From an uncultured delta proteobacterium (GTDB lineage: Bacteria; Desulfobacterota; Binatia; JACPRU01): DNA of 64,000 nucleotides. The notes beneath the pieces were generated by a model. That model saw nothing but the letters and a program-made list of their open reading frames with translations, made no database searches and was not told where the DNA came from. Positions 12,285-22,194 of the stretch are shown one piece after another; the stretch's first letter is position 1; the number at the start of each line of letters is the position of its first letter. Made by a program: the position numbers and the translations under genes. The stretch spans positions 36,441 through 100,440 of the forward strand of contig CAVUWD010000015.1 of assembly GCA_963745025.1 (NCBI GenBank), in the 5' to 3' direction.

Positions 12285-13418
12285 TCAGAAGTATATGTGG
12301 GCCCCGAACCCTACATATTGGATCGTCCGTTCGAAGAACTGCCCGTTCGGCGAGTTGCCGTCATAGTACTCGCCGAGGAGCTGTAGCTTCGTACTCTTGA
12401 ATCTCGGGCTCTCGAGCTGGACGCCGGCGCGTACCGAAACGTCGGTATCCCAGTTCGTGTCCTCGTGGTTCTGGACGTCGACAGCCGCCAGCGGGCGGAC
12501 CACCTCGCCGAGAAACGTCCACGGGCTTTCGAGCTCCGCGCCGACTTGGGTCGACCAGGGCTCCAAGTTCGACGGATCCGCATCGAACAGGTATCCGGCG
12601 CCGCCGTAGACTCGCAGCCATCGGCCGAACTCCTGCGAGAGGACCGTGTCGAATTCCTCGTAGCTCAGGTTCACGCGCTTCACGCTGGTGTTTTGCAGCA
12701 GGAACTCGTCGCCAAGATGCGAGCTCTGGTGAAACACTCTGGTGAGCACCGAGAAGCCGCCGAGCCGATAGACGAGCGGAATGCCTACGAAGTAGTCGGC
12801 GTTGATCAGGTCCTTCGAGGCAGCGTCGAGGTTGAAGATCGTAAACACCCCGGCCTGGAGGCTGAACTCCCACTGCCCGGCGGGAAGATCGCCGCGCAGG
12901 ATCGGAAAGGTCTCCCCGAAGCTCGCCGCGCCCACGTTCTTCAGGGCCGGGTCGTTGATGTAATATTGGTACGCGACGGAGAAATGCGGCCACCTCGGGT
13001 CCGCGAGCAGCGGGCGGAAGAGCATCTCCCGGTGGGAGAGAAACACGAACTGCGGACGCCCGACCCGCGCCGACGTCGTCCCGCCCTCGCGGCTCGCGGT
13101 CGCTGGCTGAGAAGCCGCACCGACTTGGGCTTGGCTCGCGATCTCGACGCGCACCACACCGCGGATCGCCGAAAGCGAGCTCACGATCTTGTCCCGTGAT
13201 TCGCCTGGAAGCTCGTCGGCGACCAGCGTCACGACGCCATCCTTCACCGTGATCGTAGCCGACTTGACGTCGAACTCGCGCTCGAGGACTGCCGAGGCGT
13301 AGCCGGAGATGTAGGAATCCTCCGTGGGGCTCGCAAAAGTGGGACCGACAGAGACGAGCAGCACCAACAGAGTCCCCAGGGCCAGCTTTCGCCGCAACAC
13401 CATCAACACGACCATCAC
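12285..13418 (-). CDS. DUF1207-family outer-membrane protein with an N-terminal BON-like segment
   Basis: FRPLLADPRWPHFS, DLINADYFVG, HQSSHLGDEFLL, NLSYE, YYDGNSPNGQFF, C-terminal aromatic residue. Confidence 0.75.
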   Translation of the reverse strand: MMVVLMVLRRKLALGTLLVLLVSVGPTFASPTEDSYISGYASAVLEREFDVKSATITVKDGVVTLVADELPGESRDKIVSSLSAIRGVVRVEIASQAQVGAASQPATASREGGTTSARVGRPQFVFLSHREMLFRPLLADPRWPHFSVAYQYYINDPALKNVGAASFGETFPILRGDLPAGQWEFSLQAGVFTIFNLDAASKDLINADYFVGIPLVYRLGGFSVLTRVFHQSSHLGDEFLLQNTSVKRVNLSYEEFDTVLSQEFGRWLRVYGGAGYLFDADPSNLEPWSTQVGAELESPWTFLGEVVRPLAAVDVQNHEDTNWDTDVSVRAGVQLESPRFKSTKLQLLGEYYDGNSPNGQFFERTIQYVGFGAHIYF

Positions 13419-13476
13419 GACCTCCTCCTTCTCATTGTCGAACGCGTCAGGGACGCAGACGGCAGCCGCAGCAGCA

Positions 13477-13722
13477 TCAGCGGCGAGCGACGGCGCGGTA
13501 GGCGGCGAGCAACAAGATGCTGCCGACCACGGCGCCGATGAAGCCCGCCCCCTCGCCGGCGCGGTAGAAACCGAAGAAGTGTCCGAGGTATGTGGCGATG
13601 ATCGAACCGGCGATACCGATCAGCACCGTCACGACGATGCCACCCGGATCATCGCCCGGCATCAAGAACTTCGCCACGGCACCGACCAACAGGCCAATGA
13701 GAATCACCCATACAAGTACCAT
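13477..13722 (-). CDS. GlsB/YeaQ/YmgE (transglycosylase-associated) membrane protein
   Basis: WVILIGLLVGAVAKFLMPGDDPGG...GIAGS...GAVVGSILLL. Confidence 0.9.
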   Translation of the reverse strand: MVLVWVILIGLLVGAVAKFLMPGDDPGGIVVTVLIGIAGSIIATYLGHFFGFYRAGEGAGFIGAVVGSILLLAAYRAVARR

Positions 13723-13753
13723 GTGCCTCTACCCCCTCATGCTCTTCGATCGC

Positions 13754-14581
13754 TCATTTCCGGTCCTGCCAGATGAAGTCCCAGGGATTACGGTACGTCC
13801 GCTCGCGGCTGGCCGTGGCGAGCGTTTCGGCGGTGAGCCTCCGGATCCAGATCGGATCGCCGTTCGAGCTCCGCACGGTGAGCGTCGAGCCGGGCGGAAT
13901 GCGCACGTCGAGCGACGTGCCGTCGCCGTCCCAGTCCTTGGCGACGTCGGTGCGCCAGACCAGTCGGTCGTTCACGTAGATCTCCGCGTTGGCGCCGCGG
14001 CCGAAGTCACGCCATTCGCCGTCGAGGCGGCTGATGACTGCGATGTCGCGCGGGATCCTGAACGTCAGGGAATCGCGCGGAGTGGGGCAAGGCCTGCCGG
14101 AGCGCCCGGTCCCGACACAGGTTTCTTGGTCGATGAAGGAGATGCGCCCTCCGGAGCCTACCGTGCCTCCGCTCGGAGGCGGTGCAGATTCGCTTGCGTA
14201 CGACCTGACGAGCAGGTCTGCCTCGGCGAGATCCTCTTGGAGATGCGACACCAGGAAGGTGGTGCGCGGGTCATCGCGCCGCGCGCTTCGGCGAGCCGCC
14301 TCGAAGGAGCTGCGGACCTCGCGCCAGTCGTCGTCCAGGTGTTTGCGTCCCCGCCCGAGCGATTCTTCGAATGTATGCGCACGATCGTGAAAGGCCTGGG
14401 CCGGGCGGCTCGAGGCGACGTCCACGAGGAGCGCTGCGCCGCCGGTGATCTGCGCGGCGAGCTCGCGGAGGTCGCGCCGCGTGTGTCCCGGCGGGCTGTC
14501 GTCGCGATCATCGGCGACGACGGCCGAGGAAAGACCGAGCAGCAGAACGATAACTGAGAGGATTGGGAGAACTGGTCTCAT
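13754..14581 (-). CDS. Secreted hypothetical protein
   Basis: Signal peptide MRPVLPILSVIVLLLGLSSAVVA, a helical N-terminal domain and a beta-rich C-terminal domain. Confidence 0.65.
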   Translation of the reverse strand: MRPVLPILSVIVLLLGLSSAVVADDRDDSPPGHTRRDLRELAAQITGGAALLVDVASSRPAQAFHDRAHTFEESLGRGRKHLDDDWREVRSSFEAARRSARRDDPRTTFLVSHLQEDLAEADLLVRSYASESAPPPSGGTVGSGGRISFIDQETCVGTGRSGRPCPTPRDSLTFRIPRDIAVISRLDGEWRDFGRGANAEIYVNDRLVWRTDVAKDWDGDGTSLDVRIPPGSTLTVRSSNGDPIWIRRLTAETLATASRERTYRNPWDFIWQDRK

Positions 14582-14736
14582 TTGAGCTTCTTTCATTTTA
14601 AAGCATATCGACTCATCTCGCGCTGCTAGGCGAGGGCAGCCAGTGCCACCGTGCCGTTGCGACGGCCGTCGCGGCTGCAGTCCTTCGCAGGTCAGTCGTC
14701 CGCGACCTGAAGTTAAGCGGCTGCCCGGCACTGCTA

Positions 14737-15228
14737 CTACCCCCACCACGACGACCGGTGATGGGCGCGATAAGCATGAGCCGGCTCCCGATAGTATCCG
14801 TCGTCGTACGAGTTCGAGAACTCGTCGTAGTCGTCGCGGTCGCGATAGTACCGGCCGTAGTTGTATCCTCGATCCCGGTACGGATTGAAGCCGCCGTAGT
14901 AGTCATCGCGGTCGTAGCGGCCGTAACCGTAGTACCCGCGGTACGAACCGCGATCTCGCCCATCGTATCTGGATCCGTCGTAGCCATAGGCATCGCGATC
15001 CGGGTAGCGGTAGACGCGATCGACGTGTCGACCGTTCGTGTAGTCGTGGTCGATGTGTTCACCGTTCGGACCGTATTCGTGATCGACGTGTCGACCATAC
15101 GAGCGATCATGGAAGACGTCTCCATCCTCGTGGCTCGTACCATCCTCGTAGGCAAAAGCAGGCGCTACAGACGTCAGGGCGAGGGGAAGAGCAAGGGCCA
15201 TGAAACTTGCAAGAAGACGAATCTTCAC
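14737..15228 (-). CDS. Secreted low-complexity Tyr/Asp/Arg/Gly/His-rich protein
   Basis: GTG start, signal peptide ending APAFA, GxH(V/I)D repeats, then YG/YD/RD-rich tracts. Confidence 0.65.
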   Translation of the reverse strand: MKIRLLASFMALALPLALTSVAPAFAYEDGTSHEDGDVFHDRSYGRHVDHEYGPNGEHIDHDYTNGRHVDRVYRYPDRDAYGYDGSRYDGRDRGSYRGYYGYGRYDRDDYYGGFNPYRDRGYNYGRYYRDRDDYDEFSNSYDDGYYREPAHAYRAHHRSSWWG

Positions 15229-15372
15229 AGGCGTTTTTCTCCTGGCTCGTAAACACGAGGAGCCTCCTCTCGTTGTTAGAGTTGCTAGGCTCGGCAAGTC
15301 GCCGGTTTCTTGCGAGATAGTGCGGGCCGTGCTCCGCAACTCCTTGCACACTACTGGTAGGAGTCGATTTCC

Positions 15373-15745
15373 GAGGTATTGTCAAAAGGTGTGGATCGGT
15401 GATTTAGTGCGCCACCTTCGCCTCCTGCTGGACGCCGTCCACGAGGAGGAACCCGGCGCGGACGAGCGGCAGCGGCCTTCACGCTGGTTGGAGCCGCTTC
15501 GGCAGCTTGTCGAGGATGTTGCCGAGCTTATGGAACCGATCCCGCTGCGTGCGGGTCTTCGGCCACACGTCGCGCACCGCTGCCCAGAAGCCGAGGGCGC
15601 CATCGCCCACGGCGACGACGGGCGCGTGCATGCCCCGGCGCTTCAGGTCTCGGAGCACGGTCTTCCAACTCTCGGCGCTCTCGCGGTAGCCGATCTTCGA
15701 CCGTGATCAATTCCTTCGTCCCGTCCGGCCGCACGCCGATCATCC
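15373..15745 (-). mobile_element. IS256-family remnant (internal transposase fragment plus terminal inverted repeat)
   Basis: IGVRPDGTKELI, then RES.ESW..LRDLKRRGM.AP..AVGDGALGFW, QR.RFHKL.NILDKLPK in shifted frames. The terminus GAGGTATTGTCAAAAGGTGTGGATCGG is IS256-like. Confidence 0.8.
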
Positions 15746-16209
15746 ACGAGCGTGCAGAGGCGGTCGACCTCGATCTTCATCAAGGCGACGGCAACGCGAG
15801 CATCTTCGAGAACGCGGACGACGTGTTCACGTTGTCGATCCACGAGCAGTACCTCTTTCCGATGCCGAAGATGCGGAGCGACTTGGACATCGGATTGTCA
15901 GCCGGTACAGGCGACACGGACTACCTCCGTCATCTTGACGATGCGCTCGTCCACGTGCGCAACAACTTCGAGCCGCAGATCGTCGTCTACATCGCCGGCA
16001 GCGATCCCCACGAGGGCGATCCTCTTGGCTCGCTACGCCTCAGCAGGGCTGGACTTCTCGAACGTGACCGCCGGGTGGCGCGCTTCGCGGCGGCCGGACA
16101 GTGCGCGCTGGTTACTCTCCCAGCAGGCGGCTACTCCGATGAGAGCCCGGCGATCGCCGCCGCTGGGTTCCAGGCGATCGCCGAAATCGATGCGGGACAC
16201 GCGACGTGA
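15746..16209 (+). pseudogene. Histone-deacetylase-family protein, C-terminal half (truncated by IS256)
   Basis: VDLDLHQGDGNA, VFTLSIHE, YIAGSDPHEGDPLG.L, AGGY. Confidence 0.85.
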
Positions 16210-16655
16210 CGCTCGCCGTTGGTGTTGACGTCTCGGTCTCTCGCGGCATGGATCTCGTCCTGCTCGACGAGCACCGATGCTTGGTCGGGCCACCGCTTCG
16301 CCACCAGTCCCCGGAGGACCTCGGCCGCATCCTCGCCGAGCGGAAGCCGGACATCGTCGCGATCGACTCACCGCCGAAGTTCGGGGCCCACGGCGGGTCG
16401 CGCCTTGGTGAGCGAGAGCTGTTCCGGCTCGGTATCCGATGCTACTTCACGCCGTCCGACAGCGAGAAGGCGAAGAGCAAGTTCTACGATTGGATGCGAG
16501 TCGGCTTCGCCGCCTTCGTCGCGGCCGTGCGTGCCGGCTGTCCGCTCTTCACCGGCAATGGGACGCTCCAAGGTTGCTCTGTCGGGCTTGGAGGTAGGCC
16601 ACGGGCTCGGCTCCTCCACAATGCTCACCGCGTCGTGCCAACGCGCCTCGCGTAG
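16206..16655 (+). pseudogene. DUF429-family (RNase H-like nuclease) protein, C-terminally truncated
   Basis: VGVDVS..RG.D, DIVAIDSP, SRLGEREL...GI..YFTP, WMRVGF. It ends next to the IS21 remnant. Confidence 0.7.
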
Positions 16656-16689
16656 AAGGAGGATTGCGCCGCCAACTGACTCCACCGCC

Positions 16690-16774
16690 AGCGTCGCTTC
16701 GCTCCGATCATGATCAACCGGAACTGCTGATCACGATGCCCCGGATTGAGCGATCACGATGGGCGGAATGCGCA
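16690..16774 (-). mobile_element. IS21-family terminal region
   Basis: The minus strand begins TGCGCATTCCGCCCATCGTGATC, with tandem (A)TCGTGATC/TGATC repeats typical of IS21/IS408 ends. Confidence 0.7.
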
Positions 16775-16777
16775 CCC

Positions 16778-16813
16778 CGCTTGGGTTGCGGGCGTCAAAC
16801 CGGCGCTATGTAG
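16778..16813 (-). repeat. 36-bp repeat, probable end of an IS-like element (second copy at 52513-52548)
   Basis: CGCTTGGGTTGCGGGCGTCAAACCGGCGCTATGTAG, 33/36 identical to 52513-52548. It is cut off by the IS21 end. Confidence 0.7.
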
Positions 16814-16918
16814 CTTTCCGGCCCTTGTAGGCGGTATTCTCTCGGTTCGGCATGTCAGCTCCGGGCAATGGAGACATTCGCTTCGGCGACCATGATCCAA
16901 AACAGAAGAGGGTTCTAA

Positions 16919-17215
16919 ATGGCCGTGTACGGAATTGCGTTAATCAACATCGATGATCGCTCCGAGTACTCGAAGTACGAGCAGGGCTTCTTCGAAATCT
17001 TCTCCAAGTATCAGGGAGAACTACTCGCGGTCGACGAGGCGCCACGCGTCAAAGAAGGCGAATGGCCATTTACGCGGACAGTGATTGTCCGGTTTCCTTC
17101 CGAGGAAGCGTTCAATCGTTGGTACGGCTCCGACGAGTACCAGGCGCTTGCCCAATACCGATTCCGCGCTTCATCGGCTCATCTCGCCGTGCTCAGCGCC
17201 TTTGAACCCGGCTGA
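16919..17215 (+). CDS. DUF1330-family protein
   Basis: MAVY.IA.I.I.D...Y..Y, EGEWP..RTVIVRFPSEEAF.RWY.SDEYQ.L. Confidence 0.85.
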   Translation: MAVYGIALINIDDRSEYSKYEQGFFEIFSKYQGELLAVDEAPRVKEGEWPFTRTVIVRFPSEEAFNRWYGSDEYQALAQYRFRASSAHLAVLSAFEPG

Positions 17216-17703
17216 TCCTGGAGTCGGGCTTCCTCATCTGATCGACGGACCGTAAGACGCGGTGCGCTACATCGATCAGGTATGATCGAGAGGTGTGGAA
17301 ATAGAGAAAAGGTGGTACAGACCTTCCGAAACACGCCGAGGGCCACGTTTACCGCGGGTTCAGCAGCGACCAACGCTGCCGGACCGGATGGCATCATGGA
17401 CGGGAAGGCCACGTTCAGTATCGGAACGACGAACGTCACCTTGGTTGCTGATCCTTCCTGCCGCAGCATGTCTCTCATCTATTTTCACGCGCCGGAATTC
17501 TTCTGAGTCATGCGAAAGTCGCCGCGTAGAAATCATTACGGCATTTGAATGCGCTCAGGGCTGCTGTACGGCGGGACTAATCATAGTGTTGGCGCTCGTG
17601 ACGAAGGGATAGGCACGATGCCATTAAGGTTCGCGACAAGAACGGCAAGTGATGGCTCTTCGTCGACTGGCACGGCGAGCGGAATGCGGGAGAGGTCCGA
17701 GAC

Positions 17704-18021
17704 GTGACGAAAACGCGTCGCGAGAAGCGGATAGAGAAAACCTTCTCGCTCCACTGGGGAAGCGGGGTGATCGAGGAAGAAGTGCAGATCGTGACACCGT
17801 ACCACGTGCCGACGATCCAGCTCCTCAAGTTTACGGCTGGACAGGCGGCGGGGAGCCGAGCGGTTCGCTTCTGCCACTACGACGCCCGCGGGCGCTTCCA
17901 GCGCTCGCCGCTGATCGTCGACGAGAAGGACATCAACATATTGGCGAACGCGCTGGAGAGGGCTCCGAAACTACGGACGATCCTGCTGGCGGCGCTTGGG
18001 TCCCGGCGCCGCAGAGCATAG
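17704..18021 (+). CDS. Hypothetical protein
   Basis: 105-aa ORF with protein-like composition (FSLHWGSG.IEEE...H.PTIQLL.F...RFCHY..RGRFQRSPL). Confidence 0.6.
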   Translation: MTKTRREKRIEKTFSLHWGSGVIEEEVQIVTPYHVPTIQLLKFTAGQAAGSRAVRFCHYDARGRFQRSPLIVDEKDINILANALERAPKLRTILLAALGSRRRRA

Positions 18022-19075
18022 CCGGAAGACGGCCCGATGACGGTGTCACAGGAAGCGCAAAGGGAATGGTTCGCTTGAGTCGCGCGTGAGGAGGGAAGGC
18101 TCCCCGAGGAAGTGCCTTGGCTTTCAACCGGTCTGGGAAATCTCGCCGTCCGGGATGATGGGGGGGACGCAGGAAACGGCCTGCGGCACGGATCGAGACA
18201 CCGGCGAACTCCCGATGAGGGGCCGGAAACAGCGACTCCCCAATGCCCACCAGTACCGCGCCTGTGTGCCACCCGACCCGCTCTGTCGCATCATTTTTTG
18301 CGCCTTCAAAGTCCCCTACCGGGACGGCACGCGCTGGCCGGCCTTCACCGACCCGGTTGACGCTCATGCTCCGCCGCCCAGAAGGCGGGCGGTGCCATCT
18401 CCTACGTCCAGCAATCAATGGCTGTACATAGGTCGGATGGCACCAGCGGGGGGAGTTGGCTGAGGTGCTTTGTGTAGCTCGCGCTCAGCGACTCCCGCAA
18501 TAAGGGAATACCTTAGAGCCCGGCATCCTCTTCGTATGAGGGATTTCCCCAATTGTGCCTCGAGCCTCTCCGGCAGCCAATGGTAACTGAATGGAATCGA
18601 ACATCGTGAATCACGTCGACGTCGCCCACTTCGAAGCCGTGCCTGTCCCGACGGGCGATGGGCTCGTCAGGAAGTATCCACGTCATTTGAAGGCGAAGGA
18701 ACTGAAGCTTCTCGAAGTGAAGGATGACTACCTTCCGACGTTTCTGAAGTGGGCGAGGCCGTCGGCTCGTCTATCGGAAGGAAGGACGATCTTCGAGCGG
18801 GGGCGGTCCTAGTCGTCGACGACGAGGAGGGACAGCGCGAGTCTTCGAGTGCTCCTCGAGCGCTGACCGCCGAACGAGGCGACGAGGCTCCGGAAATGAT
18901 TTACTCGCCGCACCGCGATGTCGAACTCACTTTGCGGTCCTGTCGTCGGCAACGATGGGTCGGGAGTAACGCGAGCCCCAGCATCTCGACGCGGTCGCCC
19001 ATTTTCTCGATCTCGGGAATCATTGGACCCTTGAGATCTCTTCGGTTCAGATAGTTGGTGGAAGGAGGGTTCACC

Positions 19076-19483
19076 ATGGCCACACGCATCTCGATCCTCG
19101 GCGCACTGCTGAGCATTTTCATCCTGCCGGTGCATGAGTCTACCGCTACCGCGGCAGTGGTGCCGTCTTCTGAGGCCTCTCAAGAGATTGTCATCCAGGA
19201 CGTGACCGCCAAGGATCGTTCGGTCTCAGGCACCGTCGTCAACAACGCGTCCAAAACTGTTCGGGATGTTGAGTTGCTGGTCCGGCAAGAGTGGCTGTGG
19301 AACGACGAGCGTCATCCCGGCACCGACAGTCCCGGCAGGACGCTGCCCTTCACGCTGCGTCAGGATATCGCCCCGCACGCCAGCGCATCGTTTACCTTCC
19401 AAACTCCGCCGTTGGCTCGGCGCTCTGACGGTCGGTTCGTAACGACGGTGGAGGTCACCGGTTTCAGTGAAGTGGGTTTGTAG
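19076..19483 (+). CDS. Secreted hypothetical protein (Ig-like, FxLYD-like)
   Basis: RBS GGAGG, signal peptide, VSGTVVNNASKTVRDVELLV...WLWNDERHPG. Confidence 0.65.
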   Translation: MATRISILGALLSIFILPVHESTATAAVVPSSEASQEIVIQDVTAKDRSVSGTVVNNASKTVRDVELLVRQEWLWNDERHPGTDSPGRTLPFTLRQDIAPHASASFTFQTPPLARRSDGRFVTTVEVTGFSEVGL

Positions 19484-19721
19484 GGAGGAAGTTTTTTAAG
19501 CTCTCTTAGCTGAGATGCGAGAGAACGGATTTGGCCAACGGAAATTGTAAGAGAAGAGCCGTAACGGGCAGCCATGCGAACCTGCGGTACGCGACCTCGA
19601 TGGTGGAGACCTTCGCAGCCACCAATAACCCATGACGAGAATGGCTATCGCCAAACAGCCGACAACGCCGATGGTTATCACATGAGACCTCAAATTCTCC
19701 TTGTCGCCATCGGCCGCCGAC

Positions 19722-20075
19722 GGAAGCAATCCGGCGAATCAGACGGACTCCGGCGCGGTATGTTCCGCCAACGGCTCTTTCACATATCACGTGGCCGTGG
19801 CGAACTGGGGTGAAGCCGGAGAGGTACGAATCACGTACAAGGATGGCGACATCGTCCGATTCCCGATAGCGGCGGGTGCGTCCTTCGCCTTCTCGCAGGC
19901 CGCAGGTAGCAAGGGGCGAGCAGACAGAGCTGTCCGCGTGTCGAACGGAGGGAGCGTGGCGCAGCTTGCTGGCTCCATGAGCGCGAGCGGTCAAGGGAAT
20001 GTGAACTGCATCAGCTGCGACGCCGACAGCAGCGGAGACGCGGGGTGCGACAACCGCATTCCTGGAAGCGAGGTG
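19722..20075 (+). pseudogene. Fragment of a secreted Cys-containing hypothetical protein
   Basis: Protein-like frame DGSNPANQTDSGAVC...RITYKDGDIVRFPI...CISCDAD...GCDNRIP without a credible start. Confidence 0.35.
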
Positions 20076-20121
20076 GGTGCCGGTGTCGGGTCGCGTCACC
20101 TCGGAGCGATGCCTCAGGATC

Positions 20122-20583
20122 CTAATTACGGTTCTTGTAGGCGCCGCTTTGCCCAAAGCCGGAGATCGATACGTAGATGAGACGAGGATTCCTAGCCTTC
20201 AGAGCTTCGTAACCGAAGCCAAGGCGCTCCATGGTGCCCGGTCGAAAGCCTTCGAGAAATATGTCCGCATTGAGAGCGAGCTCCGCTAGGCTCTCGCACC
20301 CCTCGGGAGACTTGAGATCGAGGCAGATGCTCCGCTTATTACGCGCAAGCGATGCAAAGAAGCCTGGAAACTGACGAGCCGGGTCTCCGGTCGTCGGCCG
20401 TTCGACCAGAACAACGTCCGCTCCGAGATCGGCAAGAAGAAGTGTTGCATAGGGTCCAGGATATTGCTCGGCGAGCGAGAGAACCGAGACGCCTTCGAAC
20501 GGGCGGGACTTTCCGGGTTCCAATCTGCTATTTGCCCCACTCTCTGGAGTCCGAGATTCACACGGCAAAGGAGTAGCCTCCAT
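20122..20583 (-). pseudogene. CaiB/BaiF family III CoA-transferase, N-terminal part only
   Basis: PGPYATLLLADLGADVVLVE, RNKRSICLDLK, EGFRPG.MERLG, NPRLIYVSISGFGQSG, then truncated. Confidence 0.85.
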
Positions 20584-21352
20584 TTACGGGATAGGTCTGA
20601 CCGGTAATCCATTCGGCTGCGTCCGACGCGAGAAAGAGGATCATGTTCGCTGCATCGTCCGGCTCGCCCATCCTGCGGATCACGAAACCGCGCAGCACCT
20701 TCTGCAGCGCCTCATCGGTGCTTACGAGACTTTTCACGCCTGGAGTGTTAATGCCCCCGAGAGATACGCAGTTCACGGTAATGGCCGCGCGGCCCGCTGC
20801 CTTGGCCAGAGCTCTCGCAAACCCTGCGGCGCCTGCCTTGGCAGCGGAGTACACGGCAAGGTGTGGCTCGCCGACCCGGCCCGCATCTGAGATAACCGTC
20901 ACGATCCGTCCGTAGCGGCGGGTCATCATTCCCGGAAGCGCCGCACGGCATGTATTCAGGACGCCGTAGAGGTTGGTGGCGAGCCAGGGGCGCCATTCCT
21001 CCGGGCCCGTCTCCCAGAAGGGCTTGATGTTTCCGACATCCTGAACGGGGCCCGCGTTGCCGGCGTTGTTCACGAGGATGTCGAGGCGCCCGAATTTCGC
21101 TTCCGCTAGGCGCACCATCTCATCGACGCTTTCGAAGTCGCTCACATCGCAGGCGATCGCGAGCGCATCGCAACCCACTTCGCGAACCTCCGCGGCGACA
21201 GCCTCCGCTCGTTCGCGGTAGTAGTCGTTCACAACAATCGCCGCTGCCCGATGAGCCGCAAAATGGAGCGCCACTTGTCGTCCGACTCCCTGGCCGGCGC
21301 CGCTGATGAGCGCCACACGACCTTCCAAGTTGAGGATGTCCTTCATACCCAA
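20558..21352 (-). CDS. SDR-family oxidoreductase
   Basis: SGAGQGVG, NNAG, YSAAK, WITGQ. Confidence 0.9.
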   Translation of the reverse strand: MGMKDILNLEGRVALISGAGQGVGRQVALHFAAHRAAAIVVNDYYRERAEAVAAEVREVGCDALAIACDVSDFESVDEMVRLAEAKFGRLDILVNNAGNAGPVQDVGNIKPFWETGPEEWRPWLATNLYGVLNTCRAALPGMMTRRYGRIVTVISDAGRVGEPHLAVYSAAKAGAAGFARALAKAAGRAAITVNCVSLGGINTPGVKSLVSTDEALQKVLRGFVIRRMGEPDDAANMILFLASDAAEWITGQTYPVNGGYSFAV

Positions 21353-21366
21353 ACCTCGTCGAGGAC

Positions 21367-22194
21367 TTACGATGCCCCCGCCGCTGGTCGTGCGGGAATG
21401 CTGGCCTCTGCGCGCTGTCGCCGCACGGCAGGGCGCCCCGCCCCGATTCCTCCGTCGACGAGAAACGTCTGCCCGGTTACGTACGACGAAGCGTCCGACG
21501 CGAGGTAGACGATGAGGCTAGCGACCTCCCCCGGCCGTGCGAAGCGGCCCATCGGAACCGTGCGAAGGAGCGACTCGGTCAACTCGCGGTTTTCTTGCAT
21601 CTGGCGCGTGAGATCCGTCGCGACATAGCCAGGCGCAACGCCGTTCACACGGAGGCCGTGCTCGGCCCATTCGACAGCGAGCGAGCGTACCATGGAGTCG
21701 AGGCCGCCCTTGGAAGCCACGTACGGTAGTCCCCTCGCGACACCGACCATGGAGGTGACCGACGAGACGGAAATGATGCTGCCGGCTCGCTGAACGAGCA
21801 TCTGACGAGCGGCCGCCTGAATGGCGAAGAACGTTCCGCGGAGGTTCACGGCCATGATCTCGTCCCACATCGCCGGGGTAACCTGCTCCGCGCGCTGCCA
21901 GTAGGGATTGATCCCCGCATTGGCGACGAGCACGTCGAGGCGCCCGTAGCGCCGCACAGTCTCACTCACGGCGCCGACAGAACCGTCCGGATCGGCAACA
22001 TCGAGAACGACGGGAAACGAATCGACCCCAAACCGCCTCGCCTCCTCTGCGACTATGTCCCCGTTTTCGCGCGAGCGCCCGGCAGGAACGACGTTCGCAC
22101 CCGCCTCCGCCAGAGCGAGGACCGTCGCCCGTCCGATCCCTCTGGTTCCGCCGACCACCAGGGCGACCTTTCCCTCGCACGACCGCCGCATCAC
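21367..22194 (-). CDS. SDR-family oxidoreductase
   Basis: GGTRGIG, NAGI, YVASK, VNGVAPG, YVTGQ. Confidence 0.9.
   Translation of the reverse strand: MMRRSCEGKVALVVGGTRGIGRATVLALAEAGANVVPAGRSRENGDIVAEEARRFGVDSFPVVLDVADPDGSVGAVSETVRRYGRLDVLVANAGINPYWQRAEQVTPAMWDEIMAVNLRGTFFAIQAAARQMLVQRAGSIISVSSVTSMVGVARGLPYVASKGGLDSMVRSLAVEWAEHGLRVNGVAPGYVATDLTRQMQENRELTESLLRTVPMGRFARPGEVASLIVYLASDASSYVTGQTFLVDGGIGAGRPAVRRQRAEASIPARPAAGAS

Noticed and set aside
17220-19050. Several short ORFs in lower-GC sequence (17282-17506, 18086-18463, 18591-18812)
   Set aside because: No recognisable motifs or convincing starts. They are probably gene remnants, and I cannot support a call.
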